The notes: generated by a model from the sequence alone, not told the origin. Shown: positions 1-12,319, numbered from the whole stretch's first letter. The stretch: 63,986 nucleotides of DNA, filler included, from Octopus bimaculoides (GCF_001194135.2; 10 parts of 10 records of this genome joined end to end with filler, not necessarily neighbours in it); one strand, 5' to 3'. A program made the numbers and translations.

Positions 1-253
1 TGTGCATGTGTGTGTGTCTCTGTGTGTTCATATGTGTGTATGCATACACGTGACATATGTTAATAATTCTGTGAAGATCAATTACGAAATAAAGAGGAAT
101 GGTATTCAAAGCTTCTTGTATGTGATTTGCGTATACACATATACGCACTTACATACATAGTACATATATACTTACATATGTTTATACATACACAAAATAT
201 ACACACATATATGTATATATATACACATACATGCAGGCTTACTTACATATATG

Positions 254-301
<48 letters not shown>

Positions 302-460
302 TATACATATATATACATGCACACTCACAAATACAATTACACAAATATATATATATATGTATGTGTTTATGCATGTATATATGCCTGTATGTATGTGTAT
401 ATTTATTTATACATATGTATATGTATATCTTAGACAGCTCTTTGTAATTAAGAAAATTTG
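1..460. repeat. Compound (CA)n/(TA)n/(CATA)n low-complexity tract
   Basis: Directly visible, including a pure (CA)n run at about 255-298. It explains the H/T/Y/I-rich ORFs at 127-461. Confidence 0.95.
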
Positions 461-887
461 ATCCACTGTAGAAAGCAGCTGAGGCTTACGAAGCTAGAAT
501 TAATTCTGTACGCATACAGGAATCAGCGTGGATCAAAATTATGATGCGTAACTATGTTTAATGCATTAGTATATACTTAAGCGTATTTATCCCTGTAGAT
601 CTTGTGCGAAAAACACGCAGTGACCCAAATAGTCTAAAGGACTTAGATGGTGCCTATCACTGAGGGGGTATAATGAAGCCAAAACACCAGTGTCTGATAG
701 TCTGCTGACGCCATTTGGAAGATGGAGTGTGTTTTACAATGAAACTCTCTAAGAACGAATTTGTTTTAAAAGACAAAATCTCGCAGCGAATTCACTTTCG
801 ATGGCGTTGTAACGGATAAAAAATGCCGTTGCTTTATATGAGTATACTGAATCCACACACGCATGCGCGTACATGTACGCACACATG

Positions 888-1090
888 AAGGCGGTGAGCT
901 GCCAGATTCATTAGTACTCGGAAAAAATTCTTAGCGGCACTTTTTCCGTCTTTACGTTCTGAGTTCAAATTCTGCTGAGCTCGACTTCACTTTCCTTCTT
1001 TTTGGGCCCGATAAAAGAAGCGCAAATCGAGCACTGCAGTAAATGAAATAATTGATTAGCCCCTCTCATCAAATTTCAGACCTCCCACCT
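888..1090 (+). mobile_element. tRNA-derived SINE, local family C (head AAGGCGGYGAGCTGGCAG)
   Basis: A-box-like GAGCTGCCAGATT and B-box-like GAGTTCAAATTC. Homologous to copies at 5931, 12687, 23757, 38011, 41505 and 52553. Confidence 0.8.
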
Positions 1091-1100
1091 ATCGTACAAA

Positions 1101-1134
<34 letters not shown>

Positions 1135-1310
1135 TCGTAGCACTCCATTGGTTACGACGACGAGGGTTCCAGTTGATCCGATCAACAGAACAGCCTACTG
1201 GTGAAATTAACTTGTAAGTAACTGAGTACTCCACATACACGAGTACCCTTAATGTAGTTCTCGGGGAGATTCAGCGTGACACAGTGTGTGACAAGGCTCG
1301 CTATGAAACA
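1135..1310 (-). mobile_element. 3' half of SINE family B (5'-truncated)
   Basis: Reverse complement matches the tails of the copies at 2912-3245, 14730-15048 and 56222-56527 (gccttgtcacac...gagaactac...aactggaaccctcgtcgtcgtaacc). Confidence 0.85.
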
Positions 1311-1564
1311 TATGTAGCCCGGATCTTATCTACTTCATTCCTTAATTCTTCTATACTTATTCAGATACCTGGCAAACTTGGTTGCCTACCGTGAAACATA
1401 AAAAGAACTTTGTCAATGTATCGTACTTCGTTAATAAATGAAAATCCACAATCTTCCTTCTCAATAAACCACTATTGTCCCTGGAAGTTGTTTATTATAT
1501 TTACTACGGATAGCTTGAAGCTATTTTTCTTCCTACACCTCGGTCCTTGGATCTTATATATATA

Positions 1565-1782
1565 CGAATGTGTGCTTAAAAGTTCCTGGCTTTAAGGATA
1601 TTGAGAAAAGACTAGTTGGAGACCCAACTTTCCGAGTTCTTTTTTACAGGGCTTAGAAAACCTGAAGAACCGCTGCAATAAGTGTGTGAATCTGAGAGGG
1701 GAATATGTTGAATAAAATCATAATTAGCTGATCCTCCTCTATTTTCTTTTACTAAAAACCACGAACTTTCAGCACCTCCTCG
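1565..1782 (+). mobile_element. mariner-derived MITE / internal-deletion derivative
   Basis: Imperfect TIRs (cgaatgtgtgcttaaaagttcctggcttt vs revcomp cgaggaggtgctgaaagttcgtggttt) with TA on both sides (1563-64, 1783-84). The interior translates to FFYRA/GLENLKNRCNKCVNLRGEYVE*, a mariner transposase C-terminus. Confidence 0.85.
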
Positions 1783-2100
1783 TATACATGTGTATATGCG
1801 TGTATGTAAGCATATGCGTATTGACGGATGTATGGATGTACGTATATATGCGTGTAAATTTTTATTTGAATATATATTATATTCGTGAGTATATAGCTTA
1901 TGATATTATAGTAATAAACACACTTGTGTGTCTGCATATATGTAGCTTATCGGTTTTTGCGCTTATCCGTACGTTCTATATGTAAATGACAGTACGGCTT
2001 CATGTCAGTTTTACTTATATTTTATGCATATTTTTATATCTTTTTTCTCACAATGAATTTAAAAGATATTTTATGAACTTATTGCATATGTACTTACATT

Positions 2101-2213
2101 GAATTTATAGATGTTTCCGATCTAGTTTGGATTCTTTGCCATCAAATTTGATTGCAAAGAATTCAAATTTGATGGCAAAGAATCCAAACTAGATCGAAAA
2201 AATCTATAAATCC
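2101..2213. repeat. Long inverted repeat (34 bp perfect arms, 11 nt spacer, about 51 bp imperfect arms)
   Basis: 2118-2151 is the exact reverse complement of 2163-2196. The outer 17 bp pair with 3 mismatches. Confidence 0.95.
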
Positions 2214-2475
2214 ATTATGTGTAAAACCGGGATGCATATTTAAGCACACGTTTGCATCTATGCGTGTACTTTGTATAAGCATGCGTATAAAAATGTGATG
2301 TTTAAAAACCTCCTTTTTTAATGCATTCCCGTTTTCTTACGTGAGGTCGGAAGAAATGCTGCTAAGCATTTATTCCGGCACGGTAACTAGTCTAATGGGT
2401 ACGTATTAGTTGGTATTTTGGTAGATTAATGTATCTGTATGTGCATTTATATTTGGTTCACTGCGTGTATATTAT

Positions 2476-2614
2476 TTTATTCTTTTAGTTGTTTCAGCCA
2501 GTTGACTGCGGCCATGCTGGAGCACCGCCTTGAAGAGGATTTGTGGAAAAAATCGACTACAGGTTCTTTTATAAACTAGTTCTTATTCTATCGGTCTATT
2601 TTGTGGAACCACTA
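2476..2614 (-). mobile_element. 3' tail of SINE family A
   Basis: gtttcagccagttgactgcggccatgctggagcaccgcc matches the family A tails at 36981, 49455 and 61603-61915. Confidence 0.85.
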
Positions 2615-2624
2615 NNNNNNNNNN

Positions 2625-2662
<38 letters not shown>

Positions 2663-2911
2663 GTCGTTACTATTATGTTAAACTGTCGTATGTCCACATT
2701 TGGCCAAATGCGTTCGTCTTCAATATTTATTTTTGCTTGCAATAACCGGTACTTTTGGTCAGACTGTCGTATCTCTAGCTGCTTCAGATGGCTACATATA
2801 AAAAATTGTCAAAGTATAGTACAATGGTGAAAGAATTTTTTCGTTTTCTTCAAACAAAGTTTTGAACTGACGACACTTTGCATAATAGCAACTATATATA
2901 TATGTATATGT

Positions 2912-3245
2912 GGAGGCGCAATGGCCCAGGGGTTAGGGCAGCGGACTTGCGATCATAGGATCGCGGTTTCGATTCCCAGACCGGGCGTTGTGAGTGTTTA
3001 TTGAGCGAAAACACCTAAAACTCCACGAGGCTCCTGCAGGAGGATGGTGGCGAACCCTGCTGTACTCTTTCACCACAACTTTTTCTCACTCTTTCTTCCT
3101 GTTTCTGTTGTGCCTGTAATTCAAAGGGCCAGCCTTGTCACACTATGTCATACTGAATATCCCCGAGAACTAGGTTAAGGGTACACGTATCTGTGGAATG
3201 CTCAGCCACTTGCACTTTAATTTCACGAGCAGGCTGTTCCGGTGA
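2912..3245 (+). mobile_element. tRNA-derived SINE family B, near full length (3' end in gap)
   Basis: tRNA-like head with A box TGGCCCAGGGG (2922-2932) and B box GGTTTCGATTCC (2965-2976), followed by the family B tail. Confidence 0.9.
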
Positions 3246-4140
3246 NNNNNNNNNNNNNNNNNNNNNNNNNNNNNNNNNNNNNNNNNNNNNNNNNNNNNNN
3301 NNNNNNNNNNNNNNNNNNNNNNNNNNNNNNNNNNNNNNNNNNNNNNNNNNNNNNNNNNNNNNNNNNNNNNNNNNNNNNNNNNNNNNNNNNNNNNNNNNNN
3401 NNNNNNNNNNNNNNNNNNNNNNNNNNNNNNNNNNNNNNNNNNNNNNNNNNNNNNNNNNTATATAATGAAGAAATAAATGGGATAATTAGCCCCTTATACA
3501 GCACTAATAATTAACGTTCTAATACAGCATCAGGAATATAAAACCAAGAAAGAGAGAACAAATTTCAAAGGTCAGTGTTCGTATTCACTCAATATATTTC
3601 AATGCGTCGGAATACTCCACTGCATACATAGTTGCATTCATATATACATGATATAATATATAAAAACATAAATATATAAATACATAAATGTACTTGCGAG
3701 GTTGTATGTCCGTATTAAAATCAATGAGGATATTAAAATATGCACATGGTCAATCTATAGTGGTAATCCAAATAGATGAGTATGTAGGTATAAAATGATA
3801 AGAAAAAGAATTTTCAGCACGTGCAAAGTCTGACGGCCGTTTCGAGAAAATATATGTTGGTATGGGCGAGTTAATTCCAACCATAACAGTCATCTACATT
3901 TCTCTCATCAGAGTTAATCTAAAAGGATTTATAAAATAGTTATTTAAATTTTAATGTTTTAAGTAACATGAGAAGCTTAAGAATTTTTAGTATTCGAATG
4001 CTCTATCAGAACATACTGTTCAGGCGGATGATATAATAATTAAAATTCCGTGTTTAAATAGATTATGAATTTATAGACAGTAGTGTCTTAAGATGAATCC
4101 AAATGCACAAAGGGTAAATAGGTTAAAATCATATAAGCTA

Positions 4141-4378
4141 CATTCAAATTCAAATGCGTATCTGTCAATGTAAATTGTATAATATATTTGTAGATATAAC
4201 CTTAATTCTTGTCTCTTTCTCAATCACAACCGTCTAACGAACGGGAACGTGAAACTGTGAGTAGCAATTTTTGTGATGTTTATGCAGCTTTAATAACAAA
4301 GCATATTATTCTACCTCCGGTATTCAAATACTATTTTCCCCACCTTGTTTCACATTTATGTACTCATTCTAGTGTACT
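4141..4378 (+). repeat. About 235 bp direct repeat, copy 1 (putative PLE pseudo-LTR)
   Basis: Aligns along its length with 7140-7376 (ttcaaatg.gtatctgtcaatgtaaattgtataat...cacatttatgt). It lies just upstream of the PLE ORF start. Confidence 0.85.
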
Positions 4379-4443
4379 CTGCTCCTTTTGAAGAAAGTTT
4401 AAGTGACTTTCCACAAATAGGAAGACGAAACAGGTAAAAATAA

Positions 4444-5450
4444 ATGGAACTCTACCCGTTGGATTTTTCTATAAAAAATACACGTATCCCGCCGCAGAAG
4501 CAATATCTCAAGAACCTAATTGAGAAAACGAAAAATTTTATTCGAAGAGTGAGATGGTGAGCTTATTTCTTTGACATGAAAGAAAATCAGGATAACGGAA
4601 ACAAGTATGCCTTAAATCTTCTTTAAAAAACTCACCACCTATTTTAGAAGTAGAAGATTTTGAAAAAGACCTTTTCGAACTTATTAGAAGGATAAAATTC
4701 CGTAAAATCAGCAATTCGCACAAGAGAACTATGAATGAAAATATTATAAGTATAATGAATTCGGATAAGATTTTCGTAAACTCTGATAAAATCAAAAACC
4801 TATATGCGGTTGAAAATGATCTTTACAAACGACTTCTTTCTAATAACATTACAGACACCTACAAAATTGCAAATACTAACTTATATAAAGAGGTGAATAT
4901 CGAAGCAGGAATGATCGCTACTAATTTTCGTCTCTTTAATTAACCAGTACCACACGAAAATCATTAGAAGTAACCACAGAGCCGGAAATAACCAGAAGAT
5001 TTATAATTGTAAAGAACAAAATTGCTGTCCATTAGGAGGAAGTTGTCTAGAGAAAGGAATGGTGTATAGAACTAAGAGGCAAATAGATGGCTCAGGAGGA
5101 TGCAAAACATGCAAGAGCCTCGGAATATTCCTTCACAACTAGATTACATTTCCATGAGATTCATTTCGATACCCTGAAAATAGAACAGCAACGAGTCTCA
5201 CTAAACATGTCTGGTAATTGAAAGAAAATGATACCCGTCCTTTCCACATCAGCTGGACAATCTTGGAGAAAACAGCACCATATAAACGTGGGGCATATAG
5301 AGGCCAATTGGGGTGCAATTTGTGCCTGACTGAAAAGTTTTTCATTCTGGTCCAGGATAAATACGCACTAAACCAAAGACGGAAGCTTTTAAATTCCTGC
5401 AGACACGCCACGAACTATAAAATATCGTGTAAAAAGATACTGTATGGGTA
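4444..5450 (+). pseudogene. Penelope-like element ORF remnant: N-terminal domain joined directly to GIY-YIG endonuclease, RT absent
   Basis: Frameshifted translation: MELYPLDFSIKNTRIPPQKQYLKNLIEKTKNFIRRVRW*AYFF ... SDKIKNLYAVENDLYKRLLSNNITDTYK, then YNCKEQNCCPLGGSCLEKGMVY ... TSLTKHVW*LKEN ... CNLCLTEKFFIL ... LNQRRKLLNSCRH. No RT motifs lie between the two halves. Confidence 0.85.
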
Positions 5451-5809
5451 ACATTGACTTTCGCACCTAAAAGCTGGCACCATTTTAGTATTACATTCGT
5501 TTTACATTTTCGCCTTTCAAAAAAACTTTCGACTGGATACAAACTATATATTTTTATTTTATTTTTATTATTTTTATTTTCATTATTTTATTGTAACTAT
5601 TTCTTTTAAATGCACCTTTTTAAACCATATAATTGTTTTTTTTTTTACATTGCAATTTAGCGCATAAAATACCTCTCAACGTTGATTTTTTAATGCACAT
5701 CTATAAAAGTGCATCTACAATTGCCCAAAACGTATTTTAAAGATATCGACTACCCAAAAGGAATTTTTTAGTAATTTGTTTTATTTTTTTTATAATAATT
5801 TATTACTTA

Positions 5810-5867
<58 letters not shown>

Positions 5868-5930
5868 CATTATTATTATTATTATGTTACTTCATTGCAT
5901 TTATTTATCATTATTATTATCATTGTTAGT

Positions 5931-6030
5931 AAGGTGACGATGCTGGCAGTACTTTAGCGAGCTCAACAAAATGTTTAGCAATATTTCGCCAGTTGCTAAG
6001 TTACTGATTTAAATTTCTCCGAGCTAAATT
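5931..6030 (+). mobile_element. Degraded head of SINE family C, after an (ATT)n tract
   Basis: aaggtgacgatgctggcagtactttagcgagc...aaatgtttagcaatatttcg resembles the family C head. Confidence 0.6.
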
Positions 6031-7139
6031 TTTTTACTGATTTTCAAATTTATATTACACAAAATAATATTTTTAGCAATTTAATTTAATTTTGTAATTG
6101 ATTTTATTTAATCTTCACCTCTGAAAATGTTCCTTCTTTCAACAATTTCTATTTATTTTTATCCTATTTTCGTTCTTATATTTATATTCAATAAAACAGA
6201 CACACAGTTTTGAATATATATGTATGCGCATATATGTATTGTGTATGTATGGATGTTTATGATTATTTGTATGTAGATATATATTTGAATATATGTTTAT
6301 AAGTATATGTGTATGCTTGTATACATGTATGTAGTTATGTATATATAAATATATGATATATGTATGTATTTATGCGAGTATGTTTATGCAAGTCTATTTA
6401 TATGTGTGCGTATACTGGTTTGACTAAACACACATAAGGGTTTTGCCGTGTCTCATCTTTTCTTCCCTCCTCTCCGCCTACTAGATTCTGTTAGGAACGC
6501 CATTTTCCAACATTTCTCTTTCTCTCTTCTCTCCACAACACTACTTATACTGATTCTTTTTGTTCTCTTTTCTTTCTCTCTTTTCCTAACTAGCAACAAC
6601 AAAGTGGTAACTATTAGAAACATATTAGCATATATACACGGTGACATTGTGTATATATATATATATATATGTGTGTGTGTAGATATCTATGTATACATTA
6701 GTAAATTATACATATTAAGATTTTGCCTGTATATATTTGTATTTCTGCATGTATGTATCAGCTTTTGTACGTATTCGTGTACATATGTATGTATATGTTG
6801 TGAGTGTGTGCATGTATAAATGTATACATGCATGCGTTTGGTTGTGAATAACGTGTATCTATATATGTTTTTATGATTTTAGATTTCTGTAAGTGAATAT
6901 TTTATTATAATCAGACTCACATTTATATTGATTAAACTTATTTTACCATTAATTAATTTACTCTAGGCATGTGTGTTTTTCCTTCTAAACTAAAATTTAT
7001 TTTTTTAATTTGAGGTTTTCTTCGATTTTACACAATACGATATTTAAGTCTTTTAATTTTTAATATCATTATATATACATTACCGTTTCTTAAAAAAAAA
7101 AAGACTGTTAGCTGAAACGACCAATGAAATGAAACAACG

Positions 7140-7373
7140 TTCAAATGTGTATCTGTCAATGTAAATTGTATAATACATTTATCCATATAACCATAATTCT
7201 TGCTCCATTCTCAATCACAACTGTTCAACGAACGTAAGCATGAAGCTGTGAGTAGCAGTTTTATACGATATTTTTGTGATGTTTTTGCAGCTTTGATAAC
7301 AATGCATATTACACTACCTCCGGTATTCGAGTACTATTTTTTCCGCGTTGTTTCACATTTATGTGCTTACTCT

Positions 7374-7376
<3 letters not shown>
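7140..7376 (+). repeat. About 235 bp direct repeat, copy 2 (putative PLE pseudo-LTR)
   Basis: Homologous to 4141-4378 and terminates at a (TA)n(GA)n microsatellite. Confidence 0.85.
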
Positions 7377-7438
<62 letters not shown>

Positions 7439-7482
7439 NNNNNNNNNNNNNNNNNNNNNNNNNNNNNNNNNNNNNNNNNNNN

Positions 7483-7494
7483 TTAATTAATTAA
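7483..7494. other. Artificial gap spacer TTAATTAATTAA (also at 16334, 31878, 48156, 53305, 54651, 58866, 61229, 62599)
   Basis: The same 12-mer is centred in a 100 bp N-block each time and gives stops in all six frames. Confidence 0.95.
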
Positions 7495-7538
7495 NNNNNN
7501 NNNNNNNNNNNNNNNNNNNNNNNNNNNNNNNNNNNNNN

Positions 7539-7579
<41 letters not shown>

Positions 7580-7813
7580 CACCAGGAAAATGTTCGGAAG
7601 CGAATATTTATAAGATGTTATCATTCCTATTATCATTGAAGACAACATAAATAATGTTTGTATCAAACCAGAAACCGATGTGAGAGATTTTTTGACCAGC
7701 TACTATTCCGTTGAATCTGGTTTTTCTTTCAGTGTAAATTTTTGGTGTGGTCTAAATAAGGGTTTTAACTCTTATTTCTAGCAGGTAGATACTTTAATGT
7801 GTCGTAATGATTA

Positions 7814-7870
<57 letters not shown>

Positions 7871-9065
7871 TGTGCAAATTTGCACACCTCGGAGAAATGT
7901 CTGTATGCAATCAAGCTATATGCATTGAACTAACAGAGACTCGCACAGAGACGTAGTGATACAAGTACCAATGTATATTTTGTTCCGCACAGACAGCAAA
8001 TAGTGCTGTCACGGTGGAGTCGCGTGAAGATGTCACACCACTGACACAGTTGCCGCATTGGAATGCAGTATGCGACAGACTCATAATACATCTAAAGCAA
8101 CTTGACGTGGTAATATACACATATAGTTTCCATTATATAAATTCAAAGAGAATGAACGCATTAGCAAGGAAATACATTTCATAAGAAAATACCGGCCAAG
8201 TCTAAATTCTCTAAAGTAGCAACACTGAGACTTTCATATATATTTTTATATATTTATATGTTGATTTGCAAGTTATTCATAAGACATAAAGAAAGGGGAT
8301 CGAAGAACCCGATTTCTATTAAAACCACAGGGGGAGCAACTTCACCACGATGACCCCTACTATTATTACTACTATTGTTATTATCATTACTGCTACTGGT
8401 TATTCGACGGCTACAATCACTCCGAGAAAACAAGTCTTGACCACTATTTAATTTACAAAAGCTGATAGTAGTAATCTACTATCACAGTGAGTTGAAATTA
8501 CCATGCCTTCAGAACAGAACGAAAGGACCACGTACCCATGCAAGAAATATCAGTAAATTATGAATGTCATTCTTAATTTTAATTTCAATTGAATTTTATT
8601 AATAGCCCTCTTTTCTTCTCACATATTTTATACTCATTTTTGATAAGGTTTTTCAAAAAAAAAACGAAACATGTAATGTAAATGAATTAAAACACCCAAT
8701 TTTTTTTTTTAAGTGGCATTTTCATTTTTATTTATCTTTAATGTATATATACATATACATATATATATATATATATATANNNNNNNNNNNNNNNNNNNNN
8801 NNNNNNNNNNNNNNNNNNNNNNNNNNNNNNNNNNNNNNNNNNNNNNNNNNNNNNNNNNNNNNNNNNNNNNNNNNNNNNNNNNNNNNNNNNNNNNNNNNNN
8901 NNNNNNNNNNNNNNNNNNNNNNNNNNNNNNNNNNNNNNNNNNNNNNNNNNNNNNNNNNNNNNNNNNNNNNNNNNNNNNNNNNNNNNNNNNNNNNNNNNNN
9001 NNNNNNNNNNNNNNNNNNNNNNNNNNNNNNNNNNNNNNNNNNNNNNNNNNNNNNNNNNNNNNNNN

Positions 9066-10497
9066 GTAAGTTATGAGGAAATAAGCAAATTATCTTCCAA
9101 ACTGCAACGCCAAATTTAAGGGTCGCTCAGGAAAACAATGAAAAATGGAACAAGAGTAAAAAAGAAACCCCTACTAGTAATATTTTGTTGACATCCCGTT
9201 ACTATCAATGAAATTTGATACCACAGAACTGAATTCATTTCTTGCAAAAGGATGGAGTAATATTGTTCTGTTCGTTTCTCAATAGTTCCCAGAATTCACT
9301 TCGTTATTTCTCTTTCATGTTCCATCTCCAATAAACTTTTAGACGTTTATAGGGTTGAGATCGGGACTTTGAGGTGGGAAATCCATAAGATCAACTCCTT
9401 CATCACTCACGAAATTTTTGATTCTCTTCGTAGTGTGACAGTGAGCGTTATACTGAACGAAGATAAGAAGTTGAACTGACGAGGATCGGAGTTGAGAATG
9501 GGTATGCTGTCTAAGAATCTGCTTGTAGATTTCGGTATTTGCAATCCCTTGTAGGCGAATAAGTGGATCAGGACCAACAGCAGAGATTACTCCCCGTAGC
9601 ATTACACTGCATTCTCCATAATTCCCTGTCTCCTTCACATATGCATAAGATAACCTTTCGCCAATTTTTCTCCAGACTTACATGCCGCCATCAGAACAAT
9701 CACATTAAACTTCGATTTATCGCTAAAAGGAAACTGCGACCACTGTTCTGTTATCCAAACGACATGTTCATGATCGAAGAGGAAGGCGGGTTCTTTGCTT
9801 CTTCTCGGAGATCAGAGGTTTCTTTGCTGGGGCCAGAGCAAGTAACACAGAACCCCGTAATCTCCGAGAAACTGTTTTGCGCGATACGTTGACATCGGAA
9901 ATCTCCGCAGCACTCTTAAACCTATCCTTCAGTGACATTCTAACCATAATACAACCCGGTTTTGGTGAAAGTCTTATGAGATCTACCGGTTTTGGGATTT
10001 AGCATCTGTCGATCCTGATGACTTAAAGCGAGCTACAATTCGTTGCACAACACTTCTAGACATCCCTACAGTAGTTACTATCACATAATTTGACTTGCCC
10101 TCTTGGTGAAGGTACATAATCCTTTGTTTTTCATCACAGGTCACCGGTTGTCTCTCACAAACCGCCATGTTGATAGTTGAAAGTTCCTATAATGTAAGAT
10201 CATAAGAAGTAACTGTTAGCCCATTAACAGTCTTCTAAACAGCAGATACCTCAGATAGTAGTTCGTTTTTTTCTAAGTGACCCTTAACTTTTGTCCGCTG
10301 CAATTTGGAGGATTGTTTATTTATTTCCTCATAACTTACGAAATATTTATTCATTTTACTTGAAAATTTCTCAAAAGATAGATATTAGATCTATTTAAAT
10401 ATGCGTAAAATATCTAGTTTCAATATGTTGTTAATATTCTATAATAACTATTTCAATTCATTTCGTCTTACTGACCCCTATATTATGGCTGCTACTG
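9066..10497 (-). mobile_element. Tc1-family DNA transposon with long TIRs (outer left TIR in gap)
   Basis: 9066-9142 is an inverted repeat of 10262-10339. The right end reads ...gctactg followed by TA (revcomp TA-CAGTAGC, a Tc1-type terminus). Transposase remnant inside. Confidence 0.9.
9178..10168 (-). pseudogene. Tc1-like transposase, disrupted by stops and frameshifts
   Basis: HTH-like N-terminus MAVCERQPVTCDEKQRIMYLHQEGKS..., catalytic region QYNAHCH...FPPQSPDLNPI (compare QDNAPCH...WPPQSPDLNPIE), C-terminal NGMSTKY. Confidence 0.9.
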
Positions 10498-10844
10498 TAT
10501 ATATGTATATATGTGTGTGTATATATATATATCATCACTTAAATCGCTTAAATGGTTATATATTATGAGTAATATGTGTATAAATATTTTGAATTCTCTG
10601 GTAATTCATTGTTTTAAATATTTCAGTAACAGAAGAAATAAAGAAACATTAATTTTCATTAAGAAATTATCTTGTATCTTCTACTTTATGATAATAAAAA
10701 TATTAATGATAAATTCAGATTATAAATAATAAATACACGATGTTTATGAATGTAATATATCTTCATATAATTCTGGAAACACACATTTATATTAAAAAAA
10801 AAAATATGCGTGCAACGTACACAATGTGTTGATATGAATAATAA

Positions 10845-10906
10845 TTAGATTGGTGCGATACAGAAACGATATCTACAGATATCGTTTCTTTATCGCATCG
10901 ACAAAA
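10845..10906. mobile_element. About 60 bp palindromic mini-element, possibly mariner-TIR derived (MADE1-like)
   Basis: 21 bp arms 10854-10874 and 10877-10897 with one mismatch. The left end ttagattggtgcga resembles mariner TTAGGTTGGTGC termini. Confidence 0.5.
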
Positions 10907-12248
10907 TTTAGTTTCATATTAGTTTCAAGTTAGTGGCGGAGACGTAAACGGACCCATCCAAGCCTAATTTTTTTTTTGTTTGGCGGAATCCCACGTTTTC
11001 AGCTATAGAAATACCGATTCTAAAAAAGAAAATTTCTAAATTTCAATACCCCACCCCTATCCTCTCATTGCTTCCTTTTTTCACTTTTTTCGGAAATTTT
11101 ATTTTTAGCAAAATACGTAGAAAAATACGGAGATCATGATTCTGGAAAAAAACAACAACAAAAAAAACACTTTAATTTCACAGTGTTTCTTTGCTATTTT
11201 TACTTCTCTTTTTCTAAAGAGTTTCCTGCACTCATATTTTTTGTAACTATAAAAAAAAAAACAAGAACAAAAGAACAAACAACAACAAAAAAATGAACAC
11301 TTGAATTCCTCTTTGTCCTATTACTGCGGGAAATTACTCTGAAAGAAATCTTTGCAGAAAGATGAGTAGTCTGATTACGTATTTCTTTCATTATGTTATC
11401 GGAGTTTTGCCAGATTTGGCTGTTATTTCTAGCATGTAGATAGCCTACTTGACTTTTGAAATTTTTTTTCAGAATCGGAATGACAGTTTTTCAACTAGCT
11501 CCGTTGCATGAAAATCACCCTGACCTGTTTGATTACTTTGAGCACAGTAATATCTGACACAAAGTAACACAAGATAAAACCATAACATTTAACCATTGTA
11601 CAAGAACACATCCAGAATTTAATGCAAATGGATTGCCACCACAAAACTATATTCTTTTGCATCATTGAATAGTAACAGCTTAAACACATGCGTCGTACGT
11701 AATCTGATCAAAACGAAGAAAAGAAGGATTAGTGGAAACGTAAACAAAAACTATCGAACGGTTAATTCTTTGCCAACAACTACAAAATATTAATATCAAT
11801 ACTTTGTAACACACTGGATACTCATCTGTGGAATGTAATTTCGATTGAACAGAAAAGAATCTTGAATTCCAGAATGGTATACATAACTCTAAATTGCATT
11901 TTTGAAACTAGATATTAAGGAAGGGTCTCCGAAAACTGCACGATTCACCGCCGTTATGGCTACGGTTAAATAATTGCATTCTTAAACGCACATCCTGTGT
12001 CTCATGTAGTCTAGCGCACATTATTAGCTTAAAAAAAGATTGTTATTCTTTATAGTATAGCATGCTTGCTATGTGCTTAAAGAAATTTTTATAAGATTAT
12101 TTATTTTGGGAGAGTCCTTTGTAAACGCTACTACGTAAAACGCCATGAGACGTTTGAAAATCTTTTGAAAGAGATGGTTATTCATTCATAAGTCTAATTC
12201 CAGGGACAAAAAAAAATCAACTTTACTGTTGCAGAAGAATTCATAATT

Positions 12249-12301
<53 letters not shown>

Positions 12302-12319
12302 ACAATGATAATGATGATT

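Noticed and set aside
588-606. CCCTGTAGATC, an 11 nt match to mature miR-10
   Set aside because: The first seed base and the 3' half differ from miR-10, and the flanks do not form a convincing precursor hairpin.
2912-2990. tRNA-like sequences (also 14730, 23203, 45917, 56222)
   Set aside because: They lack a complete cloverleaf and continue into shared SINE bodies, so they are SINE heads, not tRNA genes.
10975-11495. Imperfect inverted similarity (ccgattct..aaatttc vs gaaattt..agaatcgg) suggesting a MITE
   Set aside because: The match is short and A/T-rich, with no definable termini or target duplication.
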